Shown: positions 12,381-25,315, counted from the first letter of the stretch. The stretch is 64,000 bases of DNA from Balanoglossus misakiensis (GCA_040954595.2 CM082580.2:300783-364782); one strand, 5' to 3'. Numbers and translations: made by a program. Notes: generated by a model from the letters alone, not told the origin.

Positions 12381-14129
12381 TATCTCATAGTGTAACCAGA
12401 CTACAAGTGAAGAACCCCAGTAACAGACGTAACGAACAAACAAACTACATGTACTAACAACAAAGCAAGAAAAGTGTCAAGCGTCGTCAAAGAAAACGAA
12501 ATAGTTCTAGCATGGTTGGTAAAAGTTATTGGTAGAAAACGAATAGGGCCTTCTACAAATGACGTCTCAGACCCGCAAACGCCACCAGAACACAAAACAC
12601 ATGCACAGAACAGTTTAAGCCGGTTGTTGTATGGAGCAGCAATAATCTGCGGTTGGGCCGTCGTAGATTTTCGCTGGTGGTGAAAATAAATAAAACACGA
12701 TCGATGTTCGATTTATTCCAGATCACATGCGTTTACGGCCAGAAGAGAGCATAAAAGTCTTCAAATGACCATGTGGTGGCGCACTTTTTCCGATTGGCTG
12801 TATTTCAATTTGTTCGTGGTAAATTAATTTTGTGGAGGTGACCGGCACTGAAGCTCTTAGCTAGGATGAGGTGGGATGGAAAAATGCCCCATTTGACTCA
12901 TTTTAGCTGTTTTAAAATATACGACTATTTATAGACAAAAGGAAAATAAAACAAGCGCAAAAACATACCAAACCTAGTTTTATTAATTACAAAAAAAATT
13001 GCTGAGTAAAGGTTTTCATGTGGGCATTCACTTTGAACTTGCTAAATTACTTTAAAGAGACAAAGTCGCTCTCTCTTTGTCCTTTTGCGATGATGGAATG
13101 CTTGCTTGAAGTCTCTCGTGCAATAAATGATGTCGATTCATACATGTATGGATGGTGTATAGGTGGTCGGAATTTACATGTCTTTGCCACGTCCAAACCA
13201 AAAACACATAAAATCAAACTTTGGGTCATGAAATCGAGTTTTGTTACAGTCTAGAATTTCATGCCACCCCTTTTGGTCATATTATTCTTGGTAGGCAAAA
13301 GTGACAAGTAGTCAAGTTTCAACACAGGCAACATTTTTACAAACAAACCACAAAGAAGACATCAAAAGGGAGAGAATTATAGAATGGTCAATGTGTGAAT
13401 AGTTAAGATACGTAAAGTGGCCGGGTTCAACATAACATTAACTCATCGACTTCATATCGTCTTCATGCCATGGTTTTGCCTGCCCTGAAAAATCTTGTCG
13501 TTGCAGAAGTGGTTTTGACAGAAAGAATTTAGTCTTCCGGGATGTTTGTGATTATTTGAACACCAGACAATACAATGCAACCTTGACTTCCAAAATACTT
13601 ACCGGCATTGCATTATCTTACCATGGTTAGGCCTACAGAGAACAAATTTTCAACAATATTTTCTGAGTTACCGCTGATATTTGTTTTGTAGTATGGATAT
13701 TAAATTATACATCCCGATACAAAACAGAATGTTATAGAATCCTTCCTGAGTGATATTGAAAAAATTACCGGAATGCTATAGCCTAATCTATGGTTAGGGT
13801 TATTGCTATTATTTTATATCAGTAATCGACTTTGTGTATATCAATGTCATTTTCATAACGAAAATGAACTCGAGTCTAATGTAAACGTTACGAATTGATC
13901 GAAAGGCGCTCTGATGAATGTTAACACGAGTGCGCAATGACAAGACATGCATCGTGCATGACAGTGACAACAGTTCCATTAGAGCAGTTAAAAAATAAAC
14001 CGGCCGTCCGTAAATTTATCAGCTATATTTTTTTTTATTTAGTCAAGTTTTCCCTGTTGCATGCTATTAGTTCAGGGGCCAGTTTTAGCAGTGCTCTATT
14101 GAGTACTTTCGTATCGATGGATTGATCTC

Positions 14130-14420
14130 TCGTCCAATCAGAATGGCGGATGGTAGCATGATCCGACATATTGCGTATTACAATAGGGCTTCCTCATACA
14201 GGTCAGAACAGAGAGGTCATTCCTTTTATTTCAGGACGTCTCAGCTCCTTTGTCTTTTCTGTTATTTTTTGACAAATGCGGATTGACGTTCCATTTCCAA
14301 TTGGCGATAATTATATTTATTTGTATTTCATTGCATAAGCGCTTGCTAGTCGTTTTTTAGCAATTTTTTTTGTAGTACAAAAACACTGAAGAAAACGAAA
14401 TATTTTATTCATTCGCACTT
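14130..14420 (+). promoter_or_regulatory. Candidate Pol II promoter for the micro-exon transcript
   Basis: CCAAT box next to a YY1-like aatggcgg (~14134-14148), another CCAAT (~14298), and an Inr-like TCATTC plus ETS-like acttcc near 14409-14422. Motif inspection only. Confidence 0.3.
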
Positions 14421-14970
14421 CCAAAGAACACCGTGACATAATTCCTCAATTTGCATTTCAGTGTGTGTGTCTGGTGTGTCTGCATTGACGTGAGGCGCAT
14501 TCTCCACCCGCACACATACGTTGCATTGCATTCTTTGACTAATTAGTGTTACGTCATGTTGAAGCAGGATTCTGATTGAGTAGTAAGTAAGTTGCATAAT
14601 TGACGCACAGCTGGTGCCTCGTTCTCGTACCGCTGACCATTGCATTTGAAAAATCATTGCAGCTTTGACGTTCATCAAGCATGGAGGTCCCGGTCGCCTC
14701 CATGCTTGATGATGTCGTTTCTCTGGTAAGCATGGCATTTAATGTTATTTTACAAGTACATGTACACTCCTTCTAGCAAAAACTGGTCGTGGTAGGGCGA
14801 GAGGGTCCCCCCAACATCGAAATTCTGACTTTGGGAAGCGTTACAGCACCAAACAGTAAACTCACAGTCGCATGGAATTTGTGCGTTATATTACACCGTG
14901 CGAGTAAATTGTACGTCGTTCGTTGGCTCGAGTCAGCTTTGTTATTGTGGAGCAGGTGGTACCGTAACAC

Positions 14971-15387
14971 CACAGGGGGCTCTCCCTAGGCGATTTTATT
15001 GTTTGTTTGTTGTTGTTGATTGGCATAATAAACAAATACATATTTCTTTATTAATAAATATGGTTTGTTGACATGTAAGGGTTAGGTTATTAGGGTATAT
15101 TTGACAGGTTATGGTATATTCAACGGTTAGAATTAGTGTTGGCATTTTTTCGATCCATGGCCGGCATCACCCCCCCAAACCCCCCCCCCCCCCCACCCCC
15201 TGTGGCTTAGTGATGCCCGGGGCCGTGGATCGAAAAAAATGCCAACAGTAACCCTAACTGTTGAATATACCCTAACACTTACATGTCAACAAACCATATT
15301 TATTAATAATGAAATATGTATTTGTTTATTATGCCAATCAACAACAACAAACAAACAATAAAATCGCGGAGGGAGGAGCCCCCTGTG
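14971..15387. mobile_element. 417-bp palindromic MITE, CAC...GTG termini, 7-bp TSD GTAACAC (P/Galileo-like)
   Basis: gtaacac|cacagggggctc...gagccccctgtg|gtaacac. Almost the whole element is an inverted repeat around a poly-C centre. Confidence 0.8.
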
Positions 15388-15907
15388 GTAACACACTACA
15401 GTATAACTTTTAAGGCAAAGCGATAGCGAATAAACTGACCAGGGTTGGTTTTGTTGTTGGGGAGATTTTTGGCACCATTGAGACTGTTATAAGCTACCAG
15501 TGGGAGCTATGGTATAGCCGTTAACACGCAGCCCTGCCACGCAGAGCTTCTATGACTGGTTACTAACTTCTATGTCTATTTGATTCACAGATGCTGCCTG
15601 AAACTGTCTGCGTTTCAACTCGGGATTCTCTTCCTTGTCCGGGGCGAGTTTAAGACCGCTCAATGGTAAGCATGACTTGCTTTATATTTGCTTTTATCGG
15701 GTGTTGCAACCGAAACAATAGGAAGAAATGTATGTCTACGAACTAATTTACATATTCCAGCTTTCAATACAATGTACCTGTTTTTTCCCCTTCGAATTCT
15801 GGCCTCGATTGCTTGTGATATGATCGTGATGTCATGAATTAGATGGACAACTCACAAGTTCAAATCTTCACGTGGAGCATAAAATAAATGTGGATGCATT
15901 TCCTTAA

Positions 15908-16254
15908 AGGGACAAAGTCTCTCTCTCGCTGCCCTTTTTTCCATTAATTATATTTGATACAAGACACCGTTTGTTATTCTACATGTAGATATATAGTGAA
16001 TGAACGTTCAGCCACACACAACTTCCGTCCCACTTGTAGACACGATAGTAAAAATACTCGCCAAAATGAATAATCGTTCTTTACCATTTATTCATTTTGG
16101 GCGAGTTTTTACTCTCATATCATACAAGCGGGATGGAAGTTTTGTGTGGTTGATCATTTATTCACTATATATCCAAATGTACATTGACATAAACAGTGTC
16201 TTGTATCAAACATAATTAATGGAAAAAGGACAGCGACAGAGAGACTTTGTCACT
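15908..16254. mobile_element. Kolobok-type MITE, TTAA TSD (family also at ~59832-60180, ~60583-60858, partial ~54665)
   Basis: ttaa|agggacaaagtctctct...agagactttgtcact|ttaa. The duplicate copy has the empty site atgcatttccttaaccata (~22362-22380). Confidence 0.85.
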
Positions 16255-18139
16255 TTAACCATATAGCTAAAATTACTCCCATATCAATACACAGGGAGAT
16301 ACTTTAACTTTGGCTGAACGTGTGCTAGTCCAAAACTATGCTTAATCAAACTGGCTAAGAGATCTGTTATTATATTAGACGCATGAAGGAAAGTAATGTT
16401 GTTTAGAGTGAAATAAAACAATACTTTAGGCCAGAAAGAAAAATGTAAATCATGACACAAACAGGCTGGAAATTTTTTCTGACCCTATATTATACCATGT
16501 TTTGCATATTTTCACTAATTTGTATGGCCCACATAATTCTAAAGCAAGGTTGATTGGTTACTAATTAATATTTGCATATATTTGATTCACAGTCTTAAAC
16601 ACAGCATTTCAACGTATGCCGGAGGAGGAAGAGAATACTTAGGCCTGATCCAAGACCGCTTTCCGGTAAGCACACCTTGCTGTATACATGCTCCATAGCT
16701 TGTTTGTAAATGCTACCTTTTCCCATCAAATAGTGAAGTCACCCTTTTAAAATTATGGTGGTGGCAAGCCACAACTGGTTATCATGAAGAGTTGGACACC
16801 ACTAATAATCATTTTAATATTTTCCAATTGGTAACCTTTATGTACCACTATCCTCAACAATTTCAGTCAACAAGATTCATATTGCGCTGTATAGCAAGGC
16901 CAAACAAATATGACTGATTGATAGGGATTTTTCTGAAAATGTGACAAAATCAACAAATAAACAATAATCAGTCACCAATCATGCATTATGTGTTATTCGA
17001 GGGAACCTGAGCGGGTCCCATAAACCTGCCAACCCATGCTAGCCATGACTTTACAAATGTTTCCGTCATACTATGCAGAAAATTCTGGCTGCCTTAAATA
17101 GGTTTTTCACTTTGCGCTAGGTGTCAAATCTCATTGCATTCTGGGCGGAAAGTCCATAACCAACTGTAGTAAGAGATAGAAGAAATGATATGTTTACTGT
17201 ATTTCATGACTTCCTTCGGTCAAACATTTCTGTCTCGGTAGTTAGCATATTAAACTTTTTTTCACTTTTGCTATTTTTTCTGTTAAAAAGTTCAAGAATG
17301 ACCCATCATCATTTTAGCTTATGAACTCCCATTTCTTTAACATGGCAAAAATCGGCCATCTTGAAATTATCGACCGTATGAGATTTTCATCACTCATTTA
17401 GGGTAGCTTAAAACGTGTTTAAAGTAGGGAGAATTGTATAGGCAAGACTTGGGCTGTAAATTTGATGAAATAGCTACATGACTATTGTTCACAAGCAGCT
17501 GACTGTACTGTAAGACTGGAAGTGTTGTGTACATATTTTACATATTCAATATTTGTAATTAGACCATGTCATGTATATCTTGGGGATTGCTCGATCACAA
17601 TGTCTCTGCTGGTACAATGTCCTTTTAACATGTTCAGTAATATGGTAGTAATTGTAAGTTTGTGTGCGGCATTTGTAAATTATTTACAATTTATAAATTA
17701 TTTTGTAAGTTTCTTCATTCTCAAATTGCTTGCCTAACGTACTGCATTAACATTTAAATTTTGGTATGATTTTGAGTAGACTTTTTGTTTCAAAATTATT
17801 TTTGACACTTTTGGGTGATATGATTTTACATGGAAAATCTGATTTCCCTGTAATTCGGTTGACAGGATTTTCATCATATCTCTAAATCATGAAGTACATG
17901 TATCAGACTTGCATCAGGCCCTCAAAATTCTAGTCGCCTTTGGCAAGTAATATTAGCCATTGATCTGGGAAAGTTACAAAAATGTGTTGTCCAAGGACGT
18001 TGAAGGTACATGTGGTTTTTACACTTGCTGCATGTTTATAATTTGCAATAGAAATAGACACTCAGTGCCAGCCCACTATCCCGTCTCCTTATTGCTGACT
18101 TGTATGTATGTACGTATGTACGCATTTTATCAGAATTAT

Positions 18140-21100
18140 TAGGTCCCATTTGGTATATGTATTTATACCATGGTACCTTACGGGATCAGTTGCACCTGTA
18201 TGTATGGATGTTTGTATGTCCATCAACATCAAACATTTGGAAACTACTGGCATTTCACCTTGATATTTAATGTGCAGACAGGGCAGTAGATGGGAGTTTG
18301 TCTCAGTGAAGTTGTCATTGCCAAAATATGCAAATTAGCTGGGAAAGTGTCAAATTCGTCAAAACTTGGGAACTCAACAACTACTGGGCAAATTGCTTTC
18401 AAAATTGATAATTGGTATGCATGTACCTTATGGTATCCTCTCACAATTCTACATGTTGTGAGCTAATAATGTGAATTTTCTATTTTTAAGCATTTTTTTT
18501 TCTCTTTCCACATTGTCGGTAAAAACCTACTTTTCTGGAATTGATCAGCTGACTTGTTTGAAATTTATTATGAAGCTTCATAGGTGATCTGAGTTACCAA
18601 CCATAGTTTTGTTTAAATTGTTGCCAAAAATTGCGTATTTATAATTTTGGAGCAATTTTTAGGTCCCATTTGGTTTATGTACATATATACGATTGGGACC
18701 TTATGGAATCAGTTGCATTTGTATGTATGAGTGAATGGATGAAAACCGCTGGGCATATCACTTCCATATTTAGTGTGTAGATGCAGGCGGGGCTGTAGAT
18801 GGGATTTTGTTCAAATGAAATTGTCATTGCCAAAATATTACCTGTGTAAATGTGAAATTGGTCAAAAGTCAGAAACTTGACAACCACTGGTCAGATTGGT
18901 ATGTCAATGAACCCCATACAGTCCTGTATGTTGTGAGCTAATATTATGAATTTTCTAATGTTTATTAATTTTTTTTGTCTTTTTCCACATTATTGGTAAA
19001 AAAAAATCTTCACTTCTGAAAGCGATAGTCTGACTCCTTCGAAATTTAGTATGAAGCTTCCTATGGGTGGTCCGAGTTACCATATTTTTTGTTCAGATTG
19101 TTGTAAAATAGGCATATTTATAATTTTGAGCAATTTTGCCAATTATGGTCAGAATGCTTTGCAATTTGGTAGGCAGATTCCCAGGGGTAACCCAAGGAAG
19201 ATGTCATAAAAATGGTTAAAACTGCGTGCTTGTGTTATTGGGGATATTTTTTGCAATCTTTGTCAAAAACTGTTTTCTGTTAAACCGTTCAAACCCTTGT
19301 CAGATTGCTTTGAATTTTGGCAGGAATGTTCCTTGTAGTGATTGAAGTAAGATGGTGTACAATTATAGAGATGTTTGCATATTTGTGTTTTTGCCACTTT
19401 TGAACAAATGTGTTTTTCTTTGAAACTGCTTTTTTGATGGCTTTGAAATATGGTAGGAATATTCCTAGGGGTAACCCAATTTTTAGCTCACCTGAAAATC
19501 ACGTGAGCTTATAGTTTAGCGATGTCTGTGTATGTGTGTGTCTGTCTGTATACCCGATATCTCAAGAACCGCTGAACCGATTTCAACCAAATTTAGTACA
19601 CAGGTTCAGATATCATATGGCAAGAACTGAAAAGGTTTTGGTGGGTGTGGCTTTGATATTAATGAAGTTATTAAAGTTTTAATTTTTCTATTACATGGTT
19701 GTCTATGAGAGCTTTCGTTAATGCTGCATATATGACCAGTGGAAACGATAATTTGAGGAGATCGACTGTTTGAGGGCGCTGTGAAATGAGACATTCCTGG
19801 CGATATTGCCGTGGTTCTGTCCATGCTCAGACGCTGTACCCGTCGTTACGAATAACTTCCCTACGTGAATCCACAAGGAAGCTAACGTTGTTTAGTTGCT
19901 TCATAGAGCGTAAATTGTTAATCTACAGGACCGTCAGACGAATACTCTTTTCAAATGAAGTTTGAAACTACTTACGAGTAAGTTAGTGGAGACAATATGG
20001 CGGATAGTTGGCGTGCAGCCGAATCCGCGTTATGACTATGACGTGACCCATTCATCAAGACAAACCGTAAATGATTCACGCATATTGTGGTCCTCACGCA
20101 GTCAATCTCAAAATGTCACCAGGCTTTCTATTTGTCTATTGTTCAGAGAAAAATAACATGGCGGTTGATCACACTCAACAGTAAAATCCGTTTTGTGTGT
20201 TTATAGACAGTCTGTTATCGCCAATACTATATAGCGATTGCTAGATGGCCTACCCAATATGTGATCGAGCGAGAATGATAACATTGAATGTCTGTTCAGA
20301 TCTCATTCCGTATGTCATACGTCAACATTTCGATTTCGATTTAATCCATTCATAAAGAATTTAGAGAAAGTCGTCTTGAATTGTGACCCCGACTATCAAT
20401 TAGTTTACGATGATTTTTTGGCGACGGAATACACGAGACGCCATTGCATAACTACGTCAGCTGGACTTCCAAGGTTACCATTTTGTGTGTATGGAATCTT
20501 ATCACAGAGCCTACGTACTTTGACAATATGCCATGCTATATCAATGACGCCCCAGAAAATTTGTCAAAAAATGAATTTGTCTTCTCATGGTGGTGCAATA
20601 TATTTTAATGTCTATTTTGAGGTTGATTTTGGTTTTTGGCTAACATGTATATAAATGTCAGCTTATAGCATAAGTTGGTGTCCGTCGGCTATGTATGTCT
20701 GTATGTGTGCCTCATACAGAATTATGTATTTTGTGAATGGATTAGTTTCGTCTTAATGTATTGATGTATGTATGTGTATGTCCATCAACATCAAAAACTT
20801 GAAACTACTGATATTTAATGTGTACATAGAAATTGTTATTGCGAAAAAATGCATACTGGTATTAACTGGAAAAATGTTCAAATAGTCAAAATTGAAAAAC
20901 TTAATAACAGCGGATCAGATTAAGTTAAAAATTGGCGTGCATTGGTGTGCAAGTACTTTGGGAAGACCTAGTATGATTTTGTTCAGGTGGAGTCAGTATC
21001 TGGCGTTTCCTATTTTTTATGAATTTTTTGGGGAATTTTCTGCAGTTTTGTTAAAAAAAAATTTTCTCTGAAATTACATGTCCAATTGATTGGAAACTTG

Positions 21101-21600
21101 GTATGGAGGTTCATAGGGCTTACCTGAATCACATTTGTGCAAACGGTGGTGAAATTTGCAAAAATGCATTTTTGGGCAATATTTCCTGTTTTTGCCAAAA
21201 AATCCAATCCTGTGAAATGTAGGTGCAATTGTTTTGATACTTTGTATTTGGGTTTCTAGGGGTGATCTCAGTCAGATATGATCAAATTGTAATGAAATTT
21301 GCATAATTGTATTTTTTGGGAATTTCTGCAGGGTTTGGCCAAATAGTCTTCGGTAATACCACAAGTCCAATTGGTTGGAAACTTTGAATGGGAATTCATA
21401 TATGTGATATCAGTCAGATTTGTCTGAATTTCCTGTTGTTTGCCAAAATGTCTTCCTTATTGAAACTTGTTAAAGAGGTTCTTAGGCATGAACAGAAATC
21501 AGATTTGTTGAAATCTGGTGAAATATTCATACTTTTTGGTATATTTCTTGCCATTTTTGATCAAAGAGTTTTAGAATTCCATAGACTTATTATTTTTATG
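18140..21600 (+). mobile_element. Cluster of nested Helentron/DINE-1-like (HINE) elements
   Basis: Repeated starts ttaggtcccat...atgggaccttat and ttttagctcacctg...gtgagctt (short inverted repeat). These are followed by (GTAT/GTCT)n microsatellites and degenerate repeats rich in aaatttgcata / attgctttgaaat. Confidence 0.65.
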
Positions 21601-23831
21601 CAGTTCAGGATGGGGTACATGACTCATAACCCCTTACAAAAATTGACAAGGCAACAATTCCACAAACATGTTTACATTTCACAATGGTGCAACACACAAC
21701 CCTTACACCATATACACTATAAACCAAAATGGTTTAAAACTGGTTTTTCTAATCTTGTTATTCTGTCAACCAATCACAGTACTGCACGTGAGCATATTCA
21801 GTTAATATCTGGTTCCTGATTGCTTTGGAAGTTAGTTAACAATTTCATAACACATGTACATGTATGTGCAACTTTGATTAAATTCTGGTTGTCAATATTT
21901 AGGTAGTTTGTTGTAAATTTCTTTGTTTTTGGATAGCAAATCTTTTTAACCAATTGCTCAGTTTCTTTGAAAGTTACTGTTAACAAGGAGAGTTAGTACA
22001 CCCAACTTAGACTTTTACACCCAACTTAGAGCTACTATGACTGGTTACTAACTTCTATATCTATTTGATTCACAGATGCTGCCTGAAATTGTCTGCATTT
22101 CAACTCGGGATTCTCTTCCTCGTCTGGGGCGAGTTTAAGACCGCTCAATGGTAAGCATGACTTGCTGTATATTTGCTTTTATCGGGCGTGGCACAACCGA
22201 AACAATAGGAAACAATGTATGTCTACGAACTAATTTACACCTTCCAGTTATCAATACTTTTTTCCTTCGAATTCTAGCCTCGATTGCCTGTGATATGATC
22301 GTGATGACATGAATTAAATGGTCAAGTTCAAATCTTCATGTGAAGCATAAATTAAATTTGGATGCATTTCCTTAACCATATAGCTAGAAATTACTCCCAT
22401 ACCAATACACGGGGAGATACCGTAATTTTGGCTGAAAGTGTGCTAGTCCAACACTATGCTTCATCAAACTGGCTAAGAGATCTATTATTATATATAGACA
22501 CATGAAGGAAAGTAATGTTGTTTATAGTGAAATAAAACAATACCTTAGGCCACAAAGAAAAATATAGATCACGACACAAACAGGCTGGAGTTTTTTTCAA
22601 AAATGTGTGCATAAGATCATATTGGCCCATGGTAATCAAAGCCAAAGCAGCCCAGTTCCAAATTCGAAACTCAGCTCAGTACCAGAAACTTGCTCAAAGC
22701 TACCAAATGCACAGAAAGTTTTGAGAATCTAGATGAAAAATCACCAAGCGACTAGTGCGCTTGTCTATGTTCAATGTGTCTTCCCTGGTAACAACATGTA
22801 CTTCTGCCACCATGCCATGAGATATACTGACAGCCACGTTTGAAACATTTTAGTATACTGATATTCAAAGTTTAAATGTAAAGGCTTACTTTTCTATAGT
22901 AAAATAAATGTTTTATAATTGCCAACAATTTACATTCTTGCGCTAATCAGTTGTATGAAAAGTGAGGTGGATCAAATGTAAGTTTCATTTTCACAACAAA
23001 CATTAAGAAATCATTGTACAGTGTTACGTAGATGTCAAAGTGTGTGTACACCTGTCGTTTACAGATATGATGTCAGTTTCACTTGTCACCTAACTGCCAT
23101 GTTTGTGGTATACCCATGTGGACCACTTTACTGCAGTACTGATGTAAATGGAGTTTCAAGATCGCTGTTACAGATTTCTCTGATTCGTATTCCACGTACA
23201 TTATCGCAGCACAGTCTGACCCTATATTATACCATGTTTTGCATATTTTCACTAATTAGTATGGCCCAAATAATTCTAAAGCAAGGTTGATTGGTTACTA
23301 ATTGATAAGCAAATATTTGATTCACAGTCTTAAACACAGCATTTCAACGTATGCCGGAGGAGGAAGAGAATACCTAGGCCTGATCCAAGACCGCTTTCCG
23401 GTAAGCACAACTTGCTGTATACATGCTCCATAGCTTGTTTGTAAAGGCTACCTTTTCCCATCAAATAGTGAAGTCGCCCTTTCAAAATTATGGTGGTGGT
23501 AAGCCACAACTGGTTATCATGGAGAGCCCCATATAAACTTACCAGCCCACGCTAGCCATGACTTTACAAATGTTTCCGTCATACTATGCAGAAAATTCTG
23601 GCTGCCTTAAATAGGTTTTCACTTTGCGCTAGGGGGTCAAATCACATTGCATTCTGGGCGAAAAGTCTACAACCCACTGTAGTAAGAGGTGGAAGAAATG
23701 ATACATTTTGTGTATTTCATGCTTTGGTCAAACATGTCTGTCTCCGTAGTTAGCATATTAAACTCATTAAATGTTTTTCACATTTTGTTATTTTGTCTGT
23801 TATGACCCATTATCACTTTAGCTTTAGCTTA

Positions 23832-24618
23832 GGCTCCATTCACAAACACCTCTGGATGGGGGGGGGGGGAGAATTCAATTTTTTTACTGCTAATTTTCAC
23901 ATGCCCCCCCCCCTGTACACAACCCGAAATATTTTCAAATCCCCCACCCCCTTCTGAACTGCCAAAATTTTAAAATCCCCCCCCCCCCATTTTCTTTCAC
24001 AGAGCAAAACACATCACTTATCTATCTTGTAAAAAAGAAAAACAGCGCTCCCATGAAAAGACTTTGAAACTGATGTTTCCCCTCATCAGTGGGTATTAAA
24101 ACTGAACATGGTTTTTATTTTTTAAGTATTTGTATTCTGTGTTGGGAGACATTGTAAACCGGGAATTGAAGGGGGTGGGTGTGGGAAGGGGTGTCCCCCT
24201 CCCACGTAAGAAAATTTTATAAAATACAGAGCTCAAAGCTGCATTTTTATGAACCCGGCAAAAGCAAATTAACTCAACTACCAGTATGTTGGGGAGGATA
24301 AATTTAACCGTCGCCGCTCAAAGTTATCATGGGGTGGGGGCAAGTCCCCTGACATGGGACACTAGATAAACCAGTTAATGATTGAAAGGTGTTGATGAAT
24401 GGAGGGGGGTGGGTGTGGGAGGGGGTGTAAAATAAAGGGCGCGAAACTGCATTTTTGTGGACTCAAAATAAATATTTAGTCGTCAAAGTTTTCAAGTCCC
24501 CCCTTTCAGTCCCTAAATTATTTCAAATCCCCCCTTACATACCTTCAATTTTTTCAAATCCCCCCCCCGCTCAATTCTCCTGCCCCCCCCCTCGCCAGAG
24601 GTGTTTGTGAATGCAGCC
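23832..24618. mobile_element. 787-bp MITE, PIF/Harbinger-type, 3-bp TTA TSD
   Basis: tta|ggctccattcacaaacacctctgg...ccagaggtgtttgtgaatgcagcc|tta. Empty site ttagcttatgaactccc in the paralogous copy (~17314-17330). Confidence 0.85.
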
Positions 24619-25315
24619 TTATGAACTCCCATTTCTTTAACATGGCAAAAATCGGCCATCAATTGTCGACCATATGAGATTTTCATCACTCACTTAGGGT
24701 AGCTTAAGGGAGAATTGTATAGGCATGACTTGGGCTGTAAATTTGATGAAATAGCTACATGCCTATTGTTAACAAGCAGCTGACTGTACTGAAAGAATGG
24801 AAGTGTTGTGTACCTATTTTACATATTCAATATTTGTAATTAGACCATGTCATGTATATCTTGGGGATTGCTCGATCGCAATGTCTCTGCTGGTACAATG
24901 TCCTTTTAACTTGTACAGTAATATGGTAGTGATTGTAAGTTTGTGTACGGCATTTGTAAGTTATTTTCAATTTATAATTTTTTTGTAAGTTTCTTCATTC
25001 TCAAATTGCTTGCCTAACGTACTGCTTTAAAATTTAAATTTTGGTATGATTTTGAGTAGACTTTTGTTTCAAAATTATTTTCGACACTTGACATGTTTGG
25101 GTGATATGATTTTACATGGAAAATCTGATTTCCCTGTAATTCGGTTGACAGGATTTTCACAATATCTCTAAATCATGAAGTACATGTATCAGAATTGCAT
25201 CAGGCCCCCAAAATTCTAGTCGCCCTTGGCAAGTAATATTAGCCATTGTTGTCCAAGGACGTTGAAGGTACAATTGGTTTTTAAACTTACTATGTAGGCA
25301 TTTTATCAGAATTAT

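Larger units (their letters stand above)
14409..23400 (+). ncRNA. Candidate spliced non-coding hairpin RNA; exons ~14409-14725, 15591-15665, 16593-16665, 22076-22150, 23328-23400
   Basis: Four 73-75-nt exons each carry a tggttactaa(c) branch point, an atttgattcacag acceptor and a g|gtaagca donor. The first exon ends in ctg|gtaagcatg. No long ORF across the spliced chain. Exon interiors are mutually complementary (see findings). Confidence 0.55.

Noticed and set aside
14720-15610. Hammerhead ribozyme core at the exon1/A junction (ctg|atgc...gaaac)
   Set aside because: The core is CUGAUGC rather than CUGANGA, and no stem II can form.
15666-16592. Intronic snoRNA (host-gene model for the micro-exon transcript)
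   Set aside because: No convincing paired C/D boxes or H/ACA structure conserved in both copies could be seen by eye; snoscan/snoReport would be needed.
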